A stretch of 63,625 bases of DNA, the filler included, from Thraustochytrium aureum (taxonomy: Eukaryota): assembly GCA_012862495.1 (NCBI GenBank). It is 5 parts of 3 records of this genome, joined end to end, with 100 filler letters (N's around TTAATTAATTAA, not from the genome) between each part and the next. Parts side by side here need not be neighbours in the genome. Positions count along the whole stretch, not along the records: positions 1 to 9,705 come from BLSG01000098.1; positions 9,806 to 29,627 come from BLSG01000098.1; 3 more parts are not named here. One strand, 5' to 3'. A model generated the notes under the pieces. That model was given only the letters and a program-made list of their open reading frames with translations, was not told the origin of the DNA and searched no databases. The translations under genes and the position numbers were made by a program. The stretch's first letter is position 1; the number at the start of each line of letters is the position of its first letter. Positions 1 through 11,236 of this stretch are shown here, one piece after another.

Positions 1-49
1 GGCGGACGCGCGCCTCCGCCCTCTCGCAGCTGGCGCGACGGCAGACGCG

Positions 50-1881
50 ATGGCAGGCGCGATCGTAGGCGCCGCGCCCCCCATGGCGCCGCCAGCAACC
101 AAGCTCGTGGTGCTCTTCGGGTCGCAGACGGGCAGCGCCGAAGAGGTGGCCGAGCGCGTCGCGCGGGACGCCTCGCGGCGCAATTTCGCGCCCGTGCAGG
201 TCTGTGCGCTGGACGCGTACGAGCGGGCCGAGCTGGTGAATGAAAAGCTGGTCGTGTTCGTGGTGGCGACCACGGGCGACGGCGACCCGCCCGACAACAT
301 GAGGCAGTTCTGGCGGTTTTTGCTCCGCAAAGGGCTGCCGGCCGACGTGCTTGGCGGGCTGGCCTTCGCTGTGTTTGGCCTGGGCGACTCGAGCTACGCC
401 AAGTTCAACTTTATCGCCAAGAAGCTGCGCAACAGGCTGGCGCAGCTTGGCGCGGTGGAGCTGTGCGAGCGCGGCCTCGGCGACGACCAGAGCGCGAACG
501 GGCTGGAGGGTGACTTGGACGCTTGGCTCGGCAAAACCCTGTGGCCGAACCTCTTGGCCAGGTTTCCTCTCCCTGACGGCTTTGTCGTGGACGACTCGCC
601 GCGGTTGTTCAACCCGCTGCACGACATTCAGCTTCGGCTGGAGCGCGTCGCGCCGGCCGGGGCGGCGGAGGGGGCGGAGGAGGACATTCGCCGCGCAGTC
701 GTGGCCAACCTGAGGCCGCCAAGCTGCTACGACACGCCGCCGCTGGCAGGCCGCGTTCGCAGCAACACCCGCCTGACTGCCGCGGACTGGGAGCAGGACG
801 TGCGGCACCTCGAAATCTACCTTCCAGAAGGCTGCCCTGCGTACGAGGCCGGGGACATTGCGGTTTTGTTGCCTGAGAATGTCGTGGCCGAGGACGAGCT
901 GGCCCGGCTCTGCGAGCGACTTGGGATCGACCCGAACGACTGGGTCACCGGGCTCAAGCTCAAGCACGCGCCGCCCGCCGTGAAAGTGCGCGACCTGTTT
1001 GTTCGATACCTCGACGTGCTGGGCACGCCGCGGCGGCGTTTCTTCGAGGCGCTGTACTTCTTCACGTCCGACGAAGAGGAAAAGGAAAAGCTGCTGGAGC
1101 TGTGCTCTGCTGAGGGCAACGATCTGTTCCACGCGTACTGCCACAAAGAGCGCAAGTCATACTTGGACGTGTTTTCCGACTTTAGGACGGTAAAGCCGCC
1201 GCTCGAGTACCTCGTGGAGATGATCCCCCGGCTCGAGCCCCGCGAGTACAGCATCGCTTCCGCGCGTGCTGCCCACGGCGACGATTGTGTGCACCTTTCT
1301 CTGTTGCGATCCTGAGCTTTTTGACGCCGTGGGGCCGAAAAAAGACGGGCGTTGCGTCGGCGTGGGTCGCGGCGTTGGCCGAGGGCGCGCCAGTGACGCT
1401 TTGGGTCAAGCGCGGCGTGCTTCGCGAACCGCCAAAGGGCGTGCCCGTCGTCCTGGTGGGCCCGGGCACGGGCGTCGCTCCGATGCGGTCGCTCATCTAC
1501 CAGCGTGCAGCGGCGGACGTGCACCTGTACTTTGGCTGTCGGTCCGCGCAGAGCGACTATTACTATCGCGCAGAGTGGGCTGAGTTGGTGAGCCGCGGGC
1601 TGCTCGGCTCGGTGCGCGCGGCCTTCTCGCGCGACCAGGCCAAGAAGGTGTACGTGCAGCACCTCCTCCGCGAGGATGCGGCGCGCATTTACGAGCTTTT
1701 GGTGGAGCAGCAAGGCTACGTGTTTATTTCTGGATCGGCCAAGCGGATGCCCACCGATGTCCGCGAGGCCCTGGTGGACGCGATCGCCGCGCACCCTGAC
1801 ACGCCGTCCAAGGACCTGGCCGAGGGTTTCGTCCGCCGCATGGAGCTTGCAGGTCGGCTCAAGATCGAGGCCTGGTCGTAG
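50..1881 (+). CDS. NDOR1: NADPH-dependent diflavin oxidoreductase 1 (Tah18/NDOR1), one frameshift near 1297
   Basis: Flavodoxin motifs LFGSQTGSAE, ATTGDGDPPDNM and FGLGDSSYAKFN; FAD motif PREYSIAS; NADPH domain VGPGTGVAPMRS, YFGCRS, AFSRDQ, KVYVQH and C-terminal EAWS. The ORFs 50..1315 and 1285..1881 join at CTTTCTCTGTT. Confidence 0.92.
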
Positions 1882-2807
1882 CAGCCGTCTCGAGCCTCGC
1901 TGACCTGACTCTGCTGCGNNNNNNNNNNNNNNNNNNNNNNNNNNNNNNNNNNNNNNNNNNNNNNNNNNNNNNNNNNNNNNNNNNNNNNNNNNNNNNNNNN
2001 NNNNNNNNNNNNNNNNNNNNNNNNNNNNNNNNNNNNNNNNNNNNNNNNNNNNNNNNNNNNNNNNNNNNNNNNNNNNNNNNNNNNNNNNNNNNNNNNNNNN
2101 NNNNNNNNNNNNNNNNNNNNNNNNNNNNNNNNNNNNNNNNNNNNNNNNNNNNNNNNNNNNNNNNNNNNNNNNNNNNNNNNNNNNNNNNNNNNNNNNNNNN
2201 NNNNNNNNNNNNNNNNNNNNNNNNNNNNNNNNNNNNNNNNNNNNNNNNNNNNNNNNNNNNNNNNNNNNNNNNNNNNNNNNNNNNNNNNNNNNNNNNNNNN
2301 NNNNNNNNNNNNNNNNNNNNNNNNNNNNNNNNNNNNNNNNNNNNNNNNNNNNNNNNNNNNNNNNNNNNNNNNNNNNNNNNNNNNNNNNNNNNNNNNNNNN
2401 NNNNNNNNNNNNNNNNNNNNNNNNNNNNNNGGTCTAGTGGATTCTGCCATCGTCGTCGTGGCCGTGGCCGTGGCCGTGGTCGTGGTCGCTGGCGTGGTCG
2501 CTGGCGTCGGTGGCGTCGCGGTTGTGGAGTGTTGGTTGCTCGTCGCGCCGCCAGCAGGCTGCGGGGCGCGCGGACCGGCCTGGGCTGCCGGGCTTGAGGG
2601 TCGATCGATCGATCGGTCAATCGATCGATCAAGCTGCGGCTCGAGCGAGCTTGGCGGTCGCTGGGGATTTTCTTCTTCCCCAGGGCGTGCGTGCTGCGTC
2701 GCGCGGTGGCTGGGCGGTTGGGGGCGCGGTAGCAGGAGGCTCCGCGCGAGGAGGCGCTGTGTATATTGTTGAGCGCGCGGGACGGCGGCCGCGGCGCCCT
2801 CGAGAGG

Positions 2808-3706
2808 ATGGGAAGAAAGACGCGGCGGCGAGCCCGCTGTTGGCCGAANCGGGGAAAATCCTGGAGCGCATCCTCGCGGACCCCGCATCCGAGGCGTTCA
2901 GGTAAGTGCGGGGCGCTCGCGGGTGCGCCTGGCGGGGCCTAGCCGCAGCGCTGACGTACCAGCGGGCCCACCACCGCAGGGAACCCGTGGCCTGGGAGGA
3001 GTTTGGCCTCATGGACTACCCAGACATTGTCAAAGTAAGTCGAATCGGGGACTGGCAAACCGTGCACGCCCATGCGCTAACGGGTCTTGCCCGCTCACCC
3101 CTCGCGCAGGAGCCGATGGACCTCGGGACCATGCAGAAAAAGCTCGAGGCCGGCAAATACAAGGACATCGAGGCTTTCAACACGGACATGAAACTGGTCT
3201 GGAGCAACTGCATGGCCTACAATACAGACGGCTCGGAGCTGTTCAGGGTCGCGAAAAAGTTTGATCGCCAGTACGACCGCGACCTGAGCAAGGCCAGCAA
3301 AAAACTGGGCCTGGGCGGGTCGGAAAACGCACGTCGCGCTAGTTCTGGCGGGGCGCCCAAGGCCGCGACGGGCTCGGCTTCGCGCGGGCCGACGGCCGAA
3401 GAGAAAGCCGCGTTCTGCCGCATGATCTACGAGCTCAACGAGGTTGCTCTCGGCAAGCTGATCACGCTTTTGGATGAGTCGTGCGAGTCGGCGCTCATCA
3501 AGAACGGCGCAGACGACATCGAGATAAACGTGGACGCAATCTCGATGCCGAGCTTTCGCGCTGCGGAAACGGCCGTGCGGGGCATGCTCAGCGAGAGCAA
3601 GGGATTGTCTGGCAAGGCTGGCGACGACGAGGCAACGGGCGTGAAGCGACCGTCGGACGAGAGCGTGGACGAGGGCCGTGAAGCCAAAAAGGTCAAGGCA
3701 ACCTAA
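2808..3706 (+). CDS. Bromodomain plus ET-domain (BET/GTE-like) protein; introns 2902-2979 and 3035-3109
   Basis: The spliced product reads SEAFREPVAWEEFGLMDYPDIVKEPMDLGTMQKKL...LVWSNCMAYN (bromodomain), then EEKAAFCRMIYEL...DDIEINVDAI (ET domain). Both introns are GTAAGT...CAG with GCTGAC/GCTAAC branch points. The ATG at 2808 needs a 1-nt correction. Confidence 0.85.
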
Positions 3707-4917
3707 CCTAATTATGATTTCGCCTCGCCTTTTTTTTGTTGAAACGACAGGCGCTGTCGACCCCGCGATCTTTGTGGTGGCGCCGTCCGTTGGATCATCC
3801 GTCGCCGTGGCAGAACGTCGTTGTGCAGGAAACCAAGTTTCGTCTCGCGACTACCTACCGAGGAGGTGTGCACGCGTAGGCAGGCGGGCGAGCCGAGAGG
3901 CGCAGGTAGCTTACCAAGTGCAGGAAACCAAGTGGTACCTCCTCGACGCACAAGCGACGTGGCGCGTGCGCCCCTTGCGCTTGCAGCGCCATCAAAGATG
4001 TAAGGGCCCAACCGTAGTCCGAGTGACACTCTCGCTCCGGACATTGCAGTGGTCGGAGGGCGGCAGAATTCGAGCGACGCCTCACCGCCGCAGTCGCCAC
4101 AGAAGCAAGCTTTTCGACCCGTCTGACAGTGCACCCACCTCGTCCCTGCGCCACATACTCACAGGCAAGAGCATCCAACCTTCACGGAAGCTCAGCCTTG
4201 GCCGCCAACCACCCACGCGTCGAGGTCAAGAGCATCGTGCTGCTCATCACCTCATCCGTTTGTTGGAGTAGACATCAGGCTCCCTCGCGCCTGCTCCGCT
4301 CGACTCGCTCGCAGGAGGTCACACAGCGGGCAGCCCACTGGCCGTCGCAGCAACGAGCTAGGTCGCAGCCGCGAGGAAGCGAGGCAGGAGCTCGACGGAC
4401 TGCCGACCGCATGGTGAGCAGGAACTCGCCGAGAAAGGAAGCCGACGGAGTGCACAAACCGCGAGAATCTCGTCAACCTCGAGGCCTCTTGAGCCTCTCC
4501 ACCAGTGGCAGCCGCCTTCGAGGGCGCGCTCCTGCGTGGCTTGCGTGCTTGCTCGCCTCGGCGCACGGGGAGGGAGGGGAGGAAGGCCATGATGAGCTGC
4601 GAGTCTACGACCCGTCTGCCGCCACGGAGGTCTCCGCGACCCCGAGACTGGTGAGCGAGGGCAGCCGCCGAGTGCGACTCTTGAATCGCTGTTTTACGTT
4701 GCGGTCGCCACACTCGATCACGCACTTGCTCACTCACTCGCGCGCTCCAACTCCACGCGACTGTACCACAAACACCATCAGACACGCGCTCGCGAAGAGC
4801 TGCAGGAGCGCGAGGAGCGCCAGCGCCAGGGCTGACTGCCTGCACGAGGAGCGCCAGGGACGACGTCCACGGAGGGGCCAACGCGACGACTCCAGGGCCC
4901 GGTCTCGAGGGCCGTCG

Positions 4918-4976
<59 letters not shown>
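4918..4976. repeat. (CCTG)n microsatellite at a gap edge
   Basis: Perfect tetranucleotide tandem running into N gap. Confidence 0.95.
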
Positions 4977-5247
4977 NNNNNNNNNNNNNNNNNNNNNNNN
5001 NNNNNNNNNNNNNNNNNNNNNNNNNNNNNNNNNNNNNNNNNNNNNNNNNNNNNNNNNNNNNNNNNNNNNNNNNNNNNNNNNNNNNNNNNNNNNNNNNNNN
5101 NNNNNNNNNNNNNNNNNNNNNNNNNNNNNNNNNNNNNNNNNNNNNNNNNNNNNNNNNNNNNNNNNNNNNNNNNNNNNNNNNNNNNNNNNNNNNNNNNNNN
5201 NNNNNNNNNNNNNNNNNNNNNNNNNNNNNNNNNNNNNNNNNNNNNNG

Positions 5248-6477
5248 AACGCGACCTGCCAGTGCAACGAGGGATGGACAGGGTACAGCGACTTTATTAA
5301 CGCCGACGGGCTCGACTGCCACGTGCACAAACCAACGGTCCGCGTCATGTGGATCATCGCCTTTATCTGGGTCAACTTGATCTACGTGGTCTCCCTGCCC
5401 AAGATCAGGCTCCGGTTCCGGCAGCACAGAGAGCTGAGCAAGCGGTACGCGGAGCGCGGGGCGCAGTTTCGCTGGTACCAGAACTCGACGATCAAGAGCA
5501 TCCTGTCCTACTTTCTCCTCTGCGCGCTCGGCTTTGAGTCCTACACGCTGCTCAAGATCTTCGACCTGGAAGACCGCGAGCGCGTCGGCGTGACGCCAAC
5601 CGCCACGGTGTTCTTCGTGGCCACCATCACGGGGTACTACATGGCGTTTTTCTTCTACGCGCCCCCGCTGATCCGCGTCCTCTTGTTTGGGGCGCCCAAC
5701 TATATGCTTTTGGCGCGCGTCAGCTGGGTGTTTACGCTGTGCGGCCTTTTGCTCGAGTTTGTTGACGCATCGCTCGCATTCATCACGCTCGCGGACGGGG
5801 GGCAGCCCAACCTGCTCGCACGCAATGTCTACCTGGCCTTTTTCCTCATCAACATCGCCTGCCTGCTTGGGTACTGCATCCAAGCCATCATGGCTCTGCG
5901 CCGGAGCAACCAGCTTTTGGAGATCTCGTACCAGCTGCACCAGAAGAGCTGGATCTTGGACGTCAAGCGCAAGATCGGCCACGTTCAAAAGCAGACCATC
6001 TACGAGTGCCTGCTGCAGGGCCTCGTCTATGCGCTCTTTGCGTCCATCAAGTTCCTGTGGACCAAGCACGACTATTTGCTTCCAGTGAGCTGGGCTTTCG
6101 CCACGGTGCTGTGGTTCCGCATATTTAATGCCATCCTCGAGAAGGACACCAAGGTTTCCGGTCCGAACTCTACGGATGGCGATCGTGAGGCGGGGGCGGG
6201 GATCACGCGCAACAACCCCGCGTTTCTCTCGCTTCGGTCCACTGCGCTGTTCGCCAACAACAACAACAACAACAACAACAAGACCTCGATGGCGGCTGTC
6301 CCGAGCGAGTCGCCGGCCTCGACAACCAACGACTTTACCATTTCGACCGCGGACATCCGAACCAACTTGACGGGCAACAACCAGTCGCGGCCGTCCTTCT
6401 CGCCTTTGGGGGTCACGAAAGCGCCGGGCTCGAAGTGTGATCGACCGAGCCTGGCAGCGGCGCGCTTGCCGCCCTGA
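5248..6477 (+). CDS. Multi-pass (about 7 TM) membrane protein with Cys-rich EGF-like N-terminus; 5' end in gap
   Basis: CQCNEGWTG...DC followed by about seven hydrophobic segments and a Ser/Thr/Asn-rich tail with poly-Asn (AAC)n. Confidence 0.75.
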   Translation, partial: NATCQCNEGWTGYSDFINADGLDCHVHKPTVRVMWIIAFIWVNLIYVVSLPKIRLRFRQHRELSKRYAERGAQFRWYQNSTIKSILSYFLLCALGFESYTLLKIFDLEDRERVGVTPTATVFFVATITGYYMAFFFYAPPLIRVLLFGAPNYMLLARVSWVFTLCGLLLEFVDASLAFITLADGGQPNLLARNVYLAFFLINIACLLGYCIQAIMALRRSNQLLEISYQLHQKSWILDVKRKIGHVQKQTIYECLLQGLVYALFASIKFLWTKHDYLLPVSWAFATVLWFRIFNAILEKDTKVSGPNSTDGDREAGAGITRNNPAFLSLRSTALFANNNNNNNNKTSMAAVPSESPASTTNDFTISTADIRTNLTGNNQSRPSFSPLGVTKAPGSKCDRPSLAAARLPP

Positions 6478-7228
6478 TGACCTCTACCTTTGACCTGTTT
6501 CTCATTTTCGTTTTGTCTGCTTCCGCTTCGTCCATGTTCTTGTGGGTTGGAGTACTCTACTCTACCGCGCTCTTCATGGTCTTGCCGTGCCTTCATGCCC
6601 TGCCTCAGGGTTGCTCGGCGGAGCTCGCCTTGCGCTCCACCCTGCTGCACTGCAACCCGGCGCGCAAGCGTCTCCCGATGAGTCGGCCGGCTTGTCTGTA
6701 GTATTTTTCATCGCTCGGGCAGCGCGATGCCCGCTCGGGGCGGGCAGCACGCGGAGGCGAGCAAGGTACCCGAGTAAGTAGCGTTTCGTAAGTCGAGCTG
6801 TGCTGTTGTCACCGCTTGCGGGGGCAGGGTAATGCGAAATGCAGTCTCATTGAGCATCGCGCACGACGTGCCGCGCCTCCGGCATATACACAACTCAACG
6901 ACTCTATCGGTGCTGAATACATCTCCAAAGCAATGTTCTACCGATGCGCCGCTACGAGTAGCTTGATGCACGCCTGCGCGCGGGCTGCAAGTGTGAATCG
7001 CGTGTCGCGTCTGAACCGCCCCGAGGCCTTGGGCGTGCACGCGGCGAAAGCCCTGTCATGCATCCACCCAGCCAACAAACCGCGCCAAGCCAGCCAGGTC
7101 CATCGCGCCAAACGCAGCCAGACAGACTCCTGACGCCAAGTGGCTCCTGCGAGCGCACCGACTCGAGCCTGCTGCAGTAGCCCACACCCGGAGGCGGCCA
7201 AGGCGCACGAGCTGGGCCAGCACGCAAC

Positions 7229-7951
7229 ATGGTGGACGAAACGGCGGCCGACCTCGACATGGGCAAGCGCGAGAGCAGGCGGGGCGGCAAACGGGCTAGC
7301 AAGCGAGGGAGCAGACGCGAAGCCACGAAAGGGCGCAGCAGGGCACTGAGCGACCTGGGCGCCTCCATGTTTCGCCTCGGCGACGCGGATAGCAGGCACG
7401 ACACCATCATCAACTCGGTGCTGTACTTTGCTGAGCCACCTTCGCGCGCGTCGATCGCAGAGCGGGTACAGGCGACGCTGGGCTCTGAATGGAGGTTCCA
7501 CTCGTCGCTTGTTCGGTCGAAAGACGGCGCCAGCGTCTCCTGGAGCGTCCCGGAGGACGGCGAACCGCTCGACATGGACTGGCACGTCGTCGACATCGAA
7601 ATCCCGGTCGCCAGCCCCGGGGAGCCGGCCAGCCAGGCAGACGTCGACCAGTTCATCGCGTCGTTCTACGGCACAGCAATGGAAGAAGGCCACCCGCCGT
7701 GGCGCGTGTCAACTTGACCAACGTGCAGGGCGCCGGGCCACACGGCGCCTCAAGCGGCGCCGTCCTCTTCCGGCTTCACCACACGCTGGGCACGGCATCT
7801 CGCTGGTGGCCTTCCTATCAAGCATGTACGACGCGCAGCGCCTGAGGGCGCGCGGGAGCCGGACGCGGAGCCACTGGAGGCCGCGACCGGCAAGCGCAAG
7901 AGCAGGCGCCGCGCGCGAGATCTGTGGCCTGCAGTAGCGCCATGGGCGACA
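7229..7951 (+). CDS. Wax ester synthase/diacylglycerol acyltransferase (WS/DGAT), N-terminal part, frameshifted and 3'-truncated by gap
   Basis: HPPWRV followed across frameshifts by AVLFRLHHTLG-(D)GISL, the HHxxxDG catalytic motif of WS/DGAT. Confidence 0.7.
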
Positions 7952-8786
7952 NNNNNNNNNNNNNNNNNNNNNNNNNNNNNNNNNNNNNNNNNNNNNNNNN
8001 NNNNNNNNNNNNNNNNNNNNNNNNNNNNNNNNNNNNNNNNNNNNNNNNNNNNNNNNNNNNNNNNNNNNNNNNNNNNNNNNNNNNNNNNNNNNNNNNNNNN
8101 NNNNNNNNNNNNNNNNNNNNNNNNNNNNNNNNNNNNNNNNNNNNNNNNNNNNNNNNNNNNNNNNNNNNNNNNNNNNNNNNNNNNNNNNNNNNNNNNNNNN
8201 NNNNNNNNNNNNNNNNNNNNNNNNNNNNNNNNNNNNNNNNNNNNNNNNNNNNNNNNNNNNNNNNNNNNNNNNNNNNNNNNNNNNNNNNNNNNNNNNNNNN
8301 NNNNNNNNNNNNNNNNNNNNNNNNNNNNNNNNNNNNNNNNNNNNNNNNNNNNNNNNNNNNNNNNNNNNNNNNNNNNNNNNNNNNNNNNNNNNNNNNNNNN
8401 NNNNNNNNNNNNNNNNNNNNNNNNNNNNNNNNNNNNNNNNNNNNNNNNNNNNNNNNNNNNNNNNNNNNNNNNNNNNNNNNNNNNNNNNNNNNNNNNNNNN
8501 NNNNNNNNNNNNNNNNNNNNNNNNNNNNNNNNNNNNNNNNNNNNNNNNNNNNNNNNNNNNNNNNNNNNNNNNNNNNNNNNNNNNNNNNNNNNNNNNNNNN
8601 NNNNNNNNNNNNNNNNNNNNNNNNNNNNNNNNNNNNNNNNNNNNNNNNNNNNNNNNNAATGAAGGATTTATCTTGATCAATCAACCATTTGTTTGATTTC
8701 AGGGATGGACATCTGGATAGATGGATGGCTGGCTGGATGTTGAGCGACCGCGGCTCTGCGCTGCTTGCGATACTTCCACTACGTGG

Positions 8787-9701
8787 CTAGAGGGCGCCTT
8801 GCAAAGCTCCAGCGAGCAAGAGCGAGATGGCCAGGAAAGCGGCGCCAGCAGACCCCCCAGCCGCACTAACAAGGTCATCCTCCTCGCTGCCGTCGTCATA
8901 GTCAACCCCCAGCGTCGGGTCCCAAAAGATGTTGTCCAGCTGTTCCGTCGAGAGGAACGCAAAGTATAGTTGCTTTTCGGTCGAGTTTGTCGCACCGTTG
9001 GTGACGCCCACGTTGACCTTGTCGGAGCCAGCATCCGCCTCGCTGACCCAGGTGAGCGAGCCCTGCGGCGCCCCGCCGGTCATCTCGATCTTGACCTGTG
9101 TGCTGTTCTTGCCGTCTTTAAACTTGTCCTTGGTGCGCAGCTTTGTGCGCAACGCGAGCTGCGTGCCGTTTCCCTGGTATGGGTATCCGGTGATGGCGAT
9201 GTCAAACTTGATGCTGTTGGGCTCGAGCGTGCCATTGACCGCGCTTGTCACATGTGCAATAAAGGCAAAGACGCCGTCCTTGGTGCCCATCGTAAACGTG
9301 CGCAAGTCTGCGCCCTGGTCGTCGCCGAGTGCGGCCCACTCCCACTTGTCCTCTGGGTAAAGGGACACGATGGTGTCGTTTTCTTGAAACCCCAGCGCGG
9401 CGTCAGTTGGCATAAACTCGATGATTTCAAACACTCGCAAGTCAAAGGCAGTGTTCGCCTTGACCGTCTCTGTCTGTGACATGTACATGAGCATGGCCTC
9501 CATGCTGTTGGCGTTCTGGTTGAGCTTGAACGTCAGCTTGTCCTTAAACCCTTCGACCTTGCTTTGTGATTGGATTACCACGCCTTTCGGAAGCACCTGG
9601 ACCATTAGATCGCGCTTGTCCGGGCCGCGCCTTCCTTGGCCGCCCTGCACGCTGATGGCCATTACCATCGAGGCGAGTGCGAACGCGCTGCCGCACTTCA
9701 T
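8787..9701 (-). CDS. Secreted, probably GPI-anchored beta-rich protein, paralog 1
   Basis: Signal peptide MKCGSAFALASMVMAISVQG; motifs NSIKFDIAITGYPY, LALRTKL and IFWDPTLGV; small-residue linker and hydrophobic C-terminus. Confidence 0.8.
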   Translation of the reverse strand: MKCGSAFALASMVMAISVQGGQGRRGPDKRDLMVQVLPKGVVIQSQSKVEGFKDKLTFKLNQNANSMEAMLMYMSQTETVKANTAFDLRVFEIIEFMPTDAALGFQENDTIVSLYPEDKWEWAALGDDQGADLRTFTMGTKDGVFAFIAHVTSAVNGTLEPNSIKFDIAITGYPYQGNGTQLALRTKLRTKDKFKDGKNSTQVKIEMTGGAPQGSLTWVSEADAGSDKVNVGVTNGATNSTEKQLYFAFLSTEQLDNIFWDPTLGVDYDDGSEEDDLVSAAGGSAGAAFLAISLLLAGALQGAL

Positions 9702-9749
9702 CTTTNNNNNNNNNNNNNNNNNNNNNNNNNNNNNNNNNNNNNNNNNNNN

Positions 9750-9761
9750 TTAATTAATTAA
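9750..9761. other. Artificial six-frame-stop contig spacer
   Basis: TTAATTAATTAA flanked by N runs; identical at four sites. Confidence 0.95.
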
Positions 9762-9805
9762 NNNNNNNNNNNNNNNNNNNNNNNNNNNNNNNNNNNNNNN
9801 NNNNN

Positions 9806-10000
9806 CATGCTGTTGTCATTCTGGTCCAGCTTGAACGTGAGCTTGTCTTTGAAGCCTTCAATCTTGCTCTCGGACTGAATCACTACGCCCTTGGGCTTGA
9901 CTTGAAACTTGAGCTCGCGCTTGTTTGGGCCACGCTTGCCCTGCGCCCCGACGGTCATGACGACCATGGCGACCGCCGCCGCTGCGCTGGTCCACTTCAT
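9806..10000 (-). CDS. Secreted protein paralog 2 (5' part only, cut by contig join)
   Basis: MKWTSAAAAVAMVVMTVGAQG...KGVVIQSESKIEGFKDKLTFKLDQNDNSM aligns with paralog 1. Confidence 0.75.
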
Positions 10001-11236
10001 TTTCTTTGTCGTCTTGTTGTCAATGTCGCGCTTGCCGGTGTCCTTTTCGGCGCTCTGGGTTTCGGGTTTGTTGTTGTACAAGCGCACTCCACGTCATCAC
10101 CTCCATTGTTCCTCGGCGGTACTTGCTGCAGCCAACACGCCAGGCCAAGGTGCGATCAAGGAGAAGCTGACTTTTGAGCTTGATCCTCGATTGGCTTCGG
10201 CAGGGCGCCACATTTCTCGGCACCAAGCCCGTGTTCCGTCTGAGACTCTTCAAGCCGAGTCGAGCAGAAGAGTAGAGCACCAACGAGTTCATCCCTCGAC
10301 CCGATCACCGATCGCAGGCCGACACCTGGCGCACGCACCGAACAAGCACGCACAACGCGCGCTGTTTCAAAGAGTCCGAGTCGAGTGCCCCAACTCAGTA
10401 CTCGCTCAACTCTGCTCGAGTGAGCGGGTGCATACACAAGAATCTCGGCGGGAGAGCACATGTGCACACCTCAGCGGTGGGAGAAAGGCCAACTCCGCTC
10501 GACGCCGCCTCTCCGCTCGCCGACCGGATCCGGCTGGCATCCACCGCCCTCGACCACTGGCAGACCGGCTTGCGAATCTGGCCATTGCCAGGGCTGCGCA
10601 AGCCAAGTGCGACGAGCTGGCACGATTGGGACTTGCCAGCAGGCCATTCATGTCAGGACTTGCCGACCGAGTGCCTGCCAAGCGCCTGTCAAGGACAGGA
10701 CAGGCAACAACATCGCCAGCCTGTGCATCCTCCAGCGTCCCAGGTGTCCAGCAAGCGCTGGATTTGCAAGCCGGTCAGTCAGGCTGGAGCACTTGCACTC
10801 GTGGGAACTCGCTTGATCCCCGACGCGGTCAAGGCTTTTGCTGCGGACCCGAGACGAGCCACTCGGAGAAGACCGCTGGCGGTCGGCGTTAGGCGCGGTT
10901 TCGCTGACCGACGGTCGGTCCTAGCCCGTGCTCACCACTGACCGACCGCAAGAGGGCGGCGGGATCGCGAAGGTCAAGGCGACCCACCACCTGGATTGGC
11001 GCATGGACGGCATGGATTCTGCCTTCGCACCAAGCAAGCAGTGCTCGCTCGACCTTGGGGCAAGCAAGTGTTCGCAGAGGACTCTGGATCCGACGCCGTC
11101 GCAAGCGCAGCTGCAGCTGGCAGCTGGCAGACCCCAAACACAAGGCAGAAACCCAGCCCGGCCACGTCGAGAGAAGGCAAGCGGACGCTCTCGCCCAAGG
11201 TTTTCGCGCTCTCGTCGCTCGAGTAGAGCCAGCGAA

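Noticed and set aside
2431..2640. Thr-rich/hydrophobic ORFs and GATC runs
   Set aside because: Low-complexity intergenic sequence at a gap edge.
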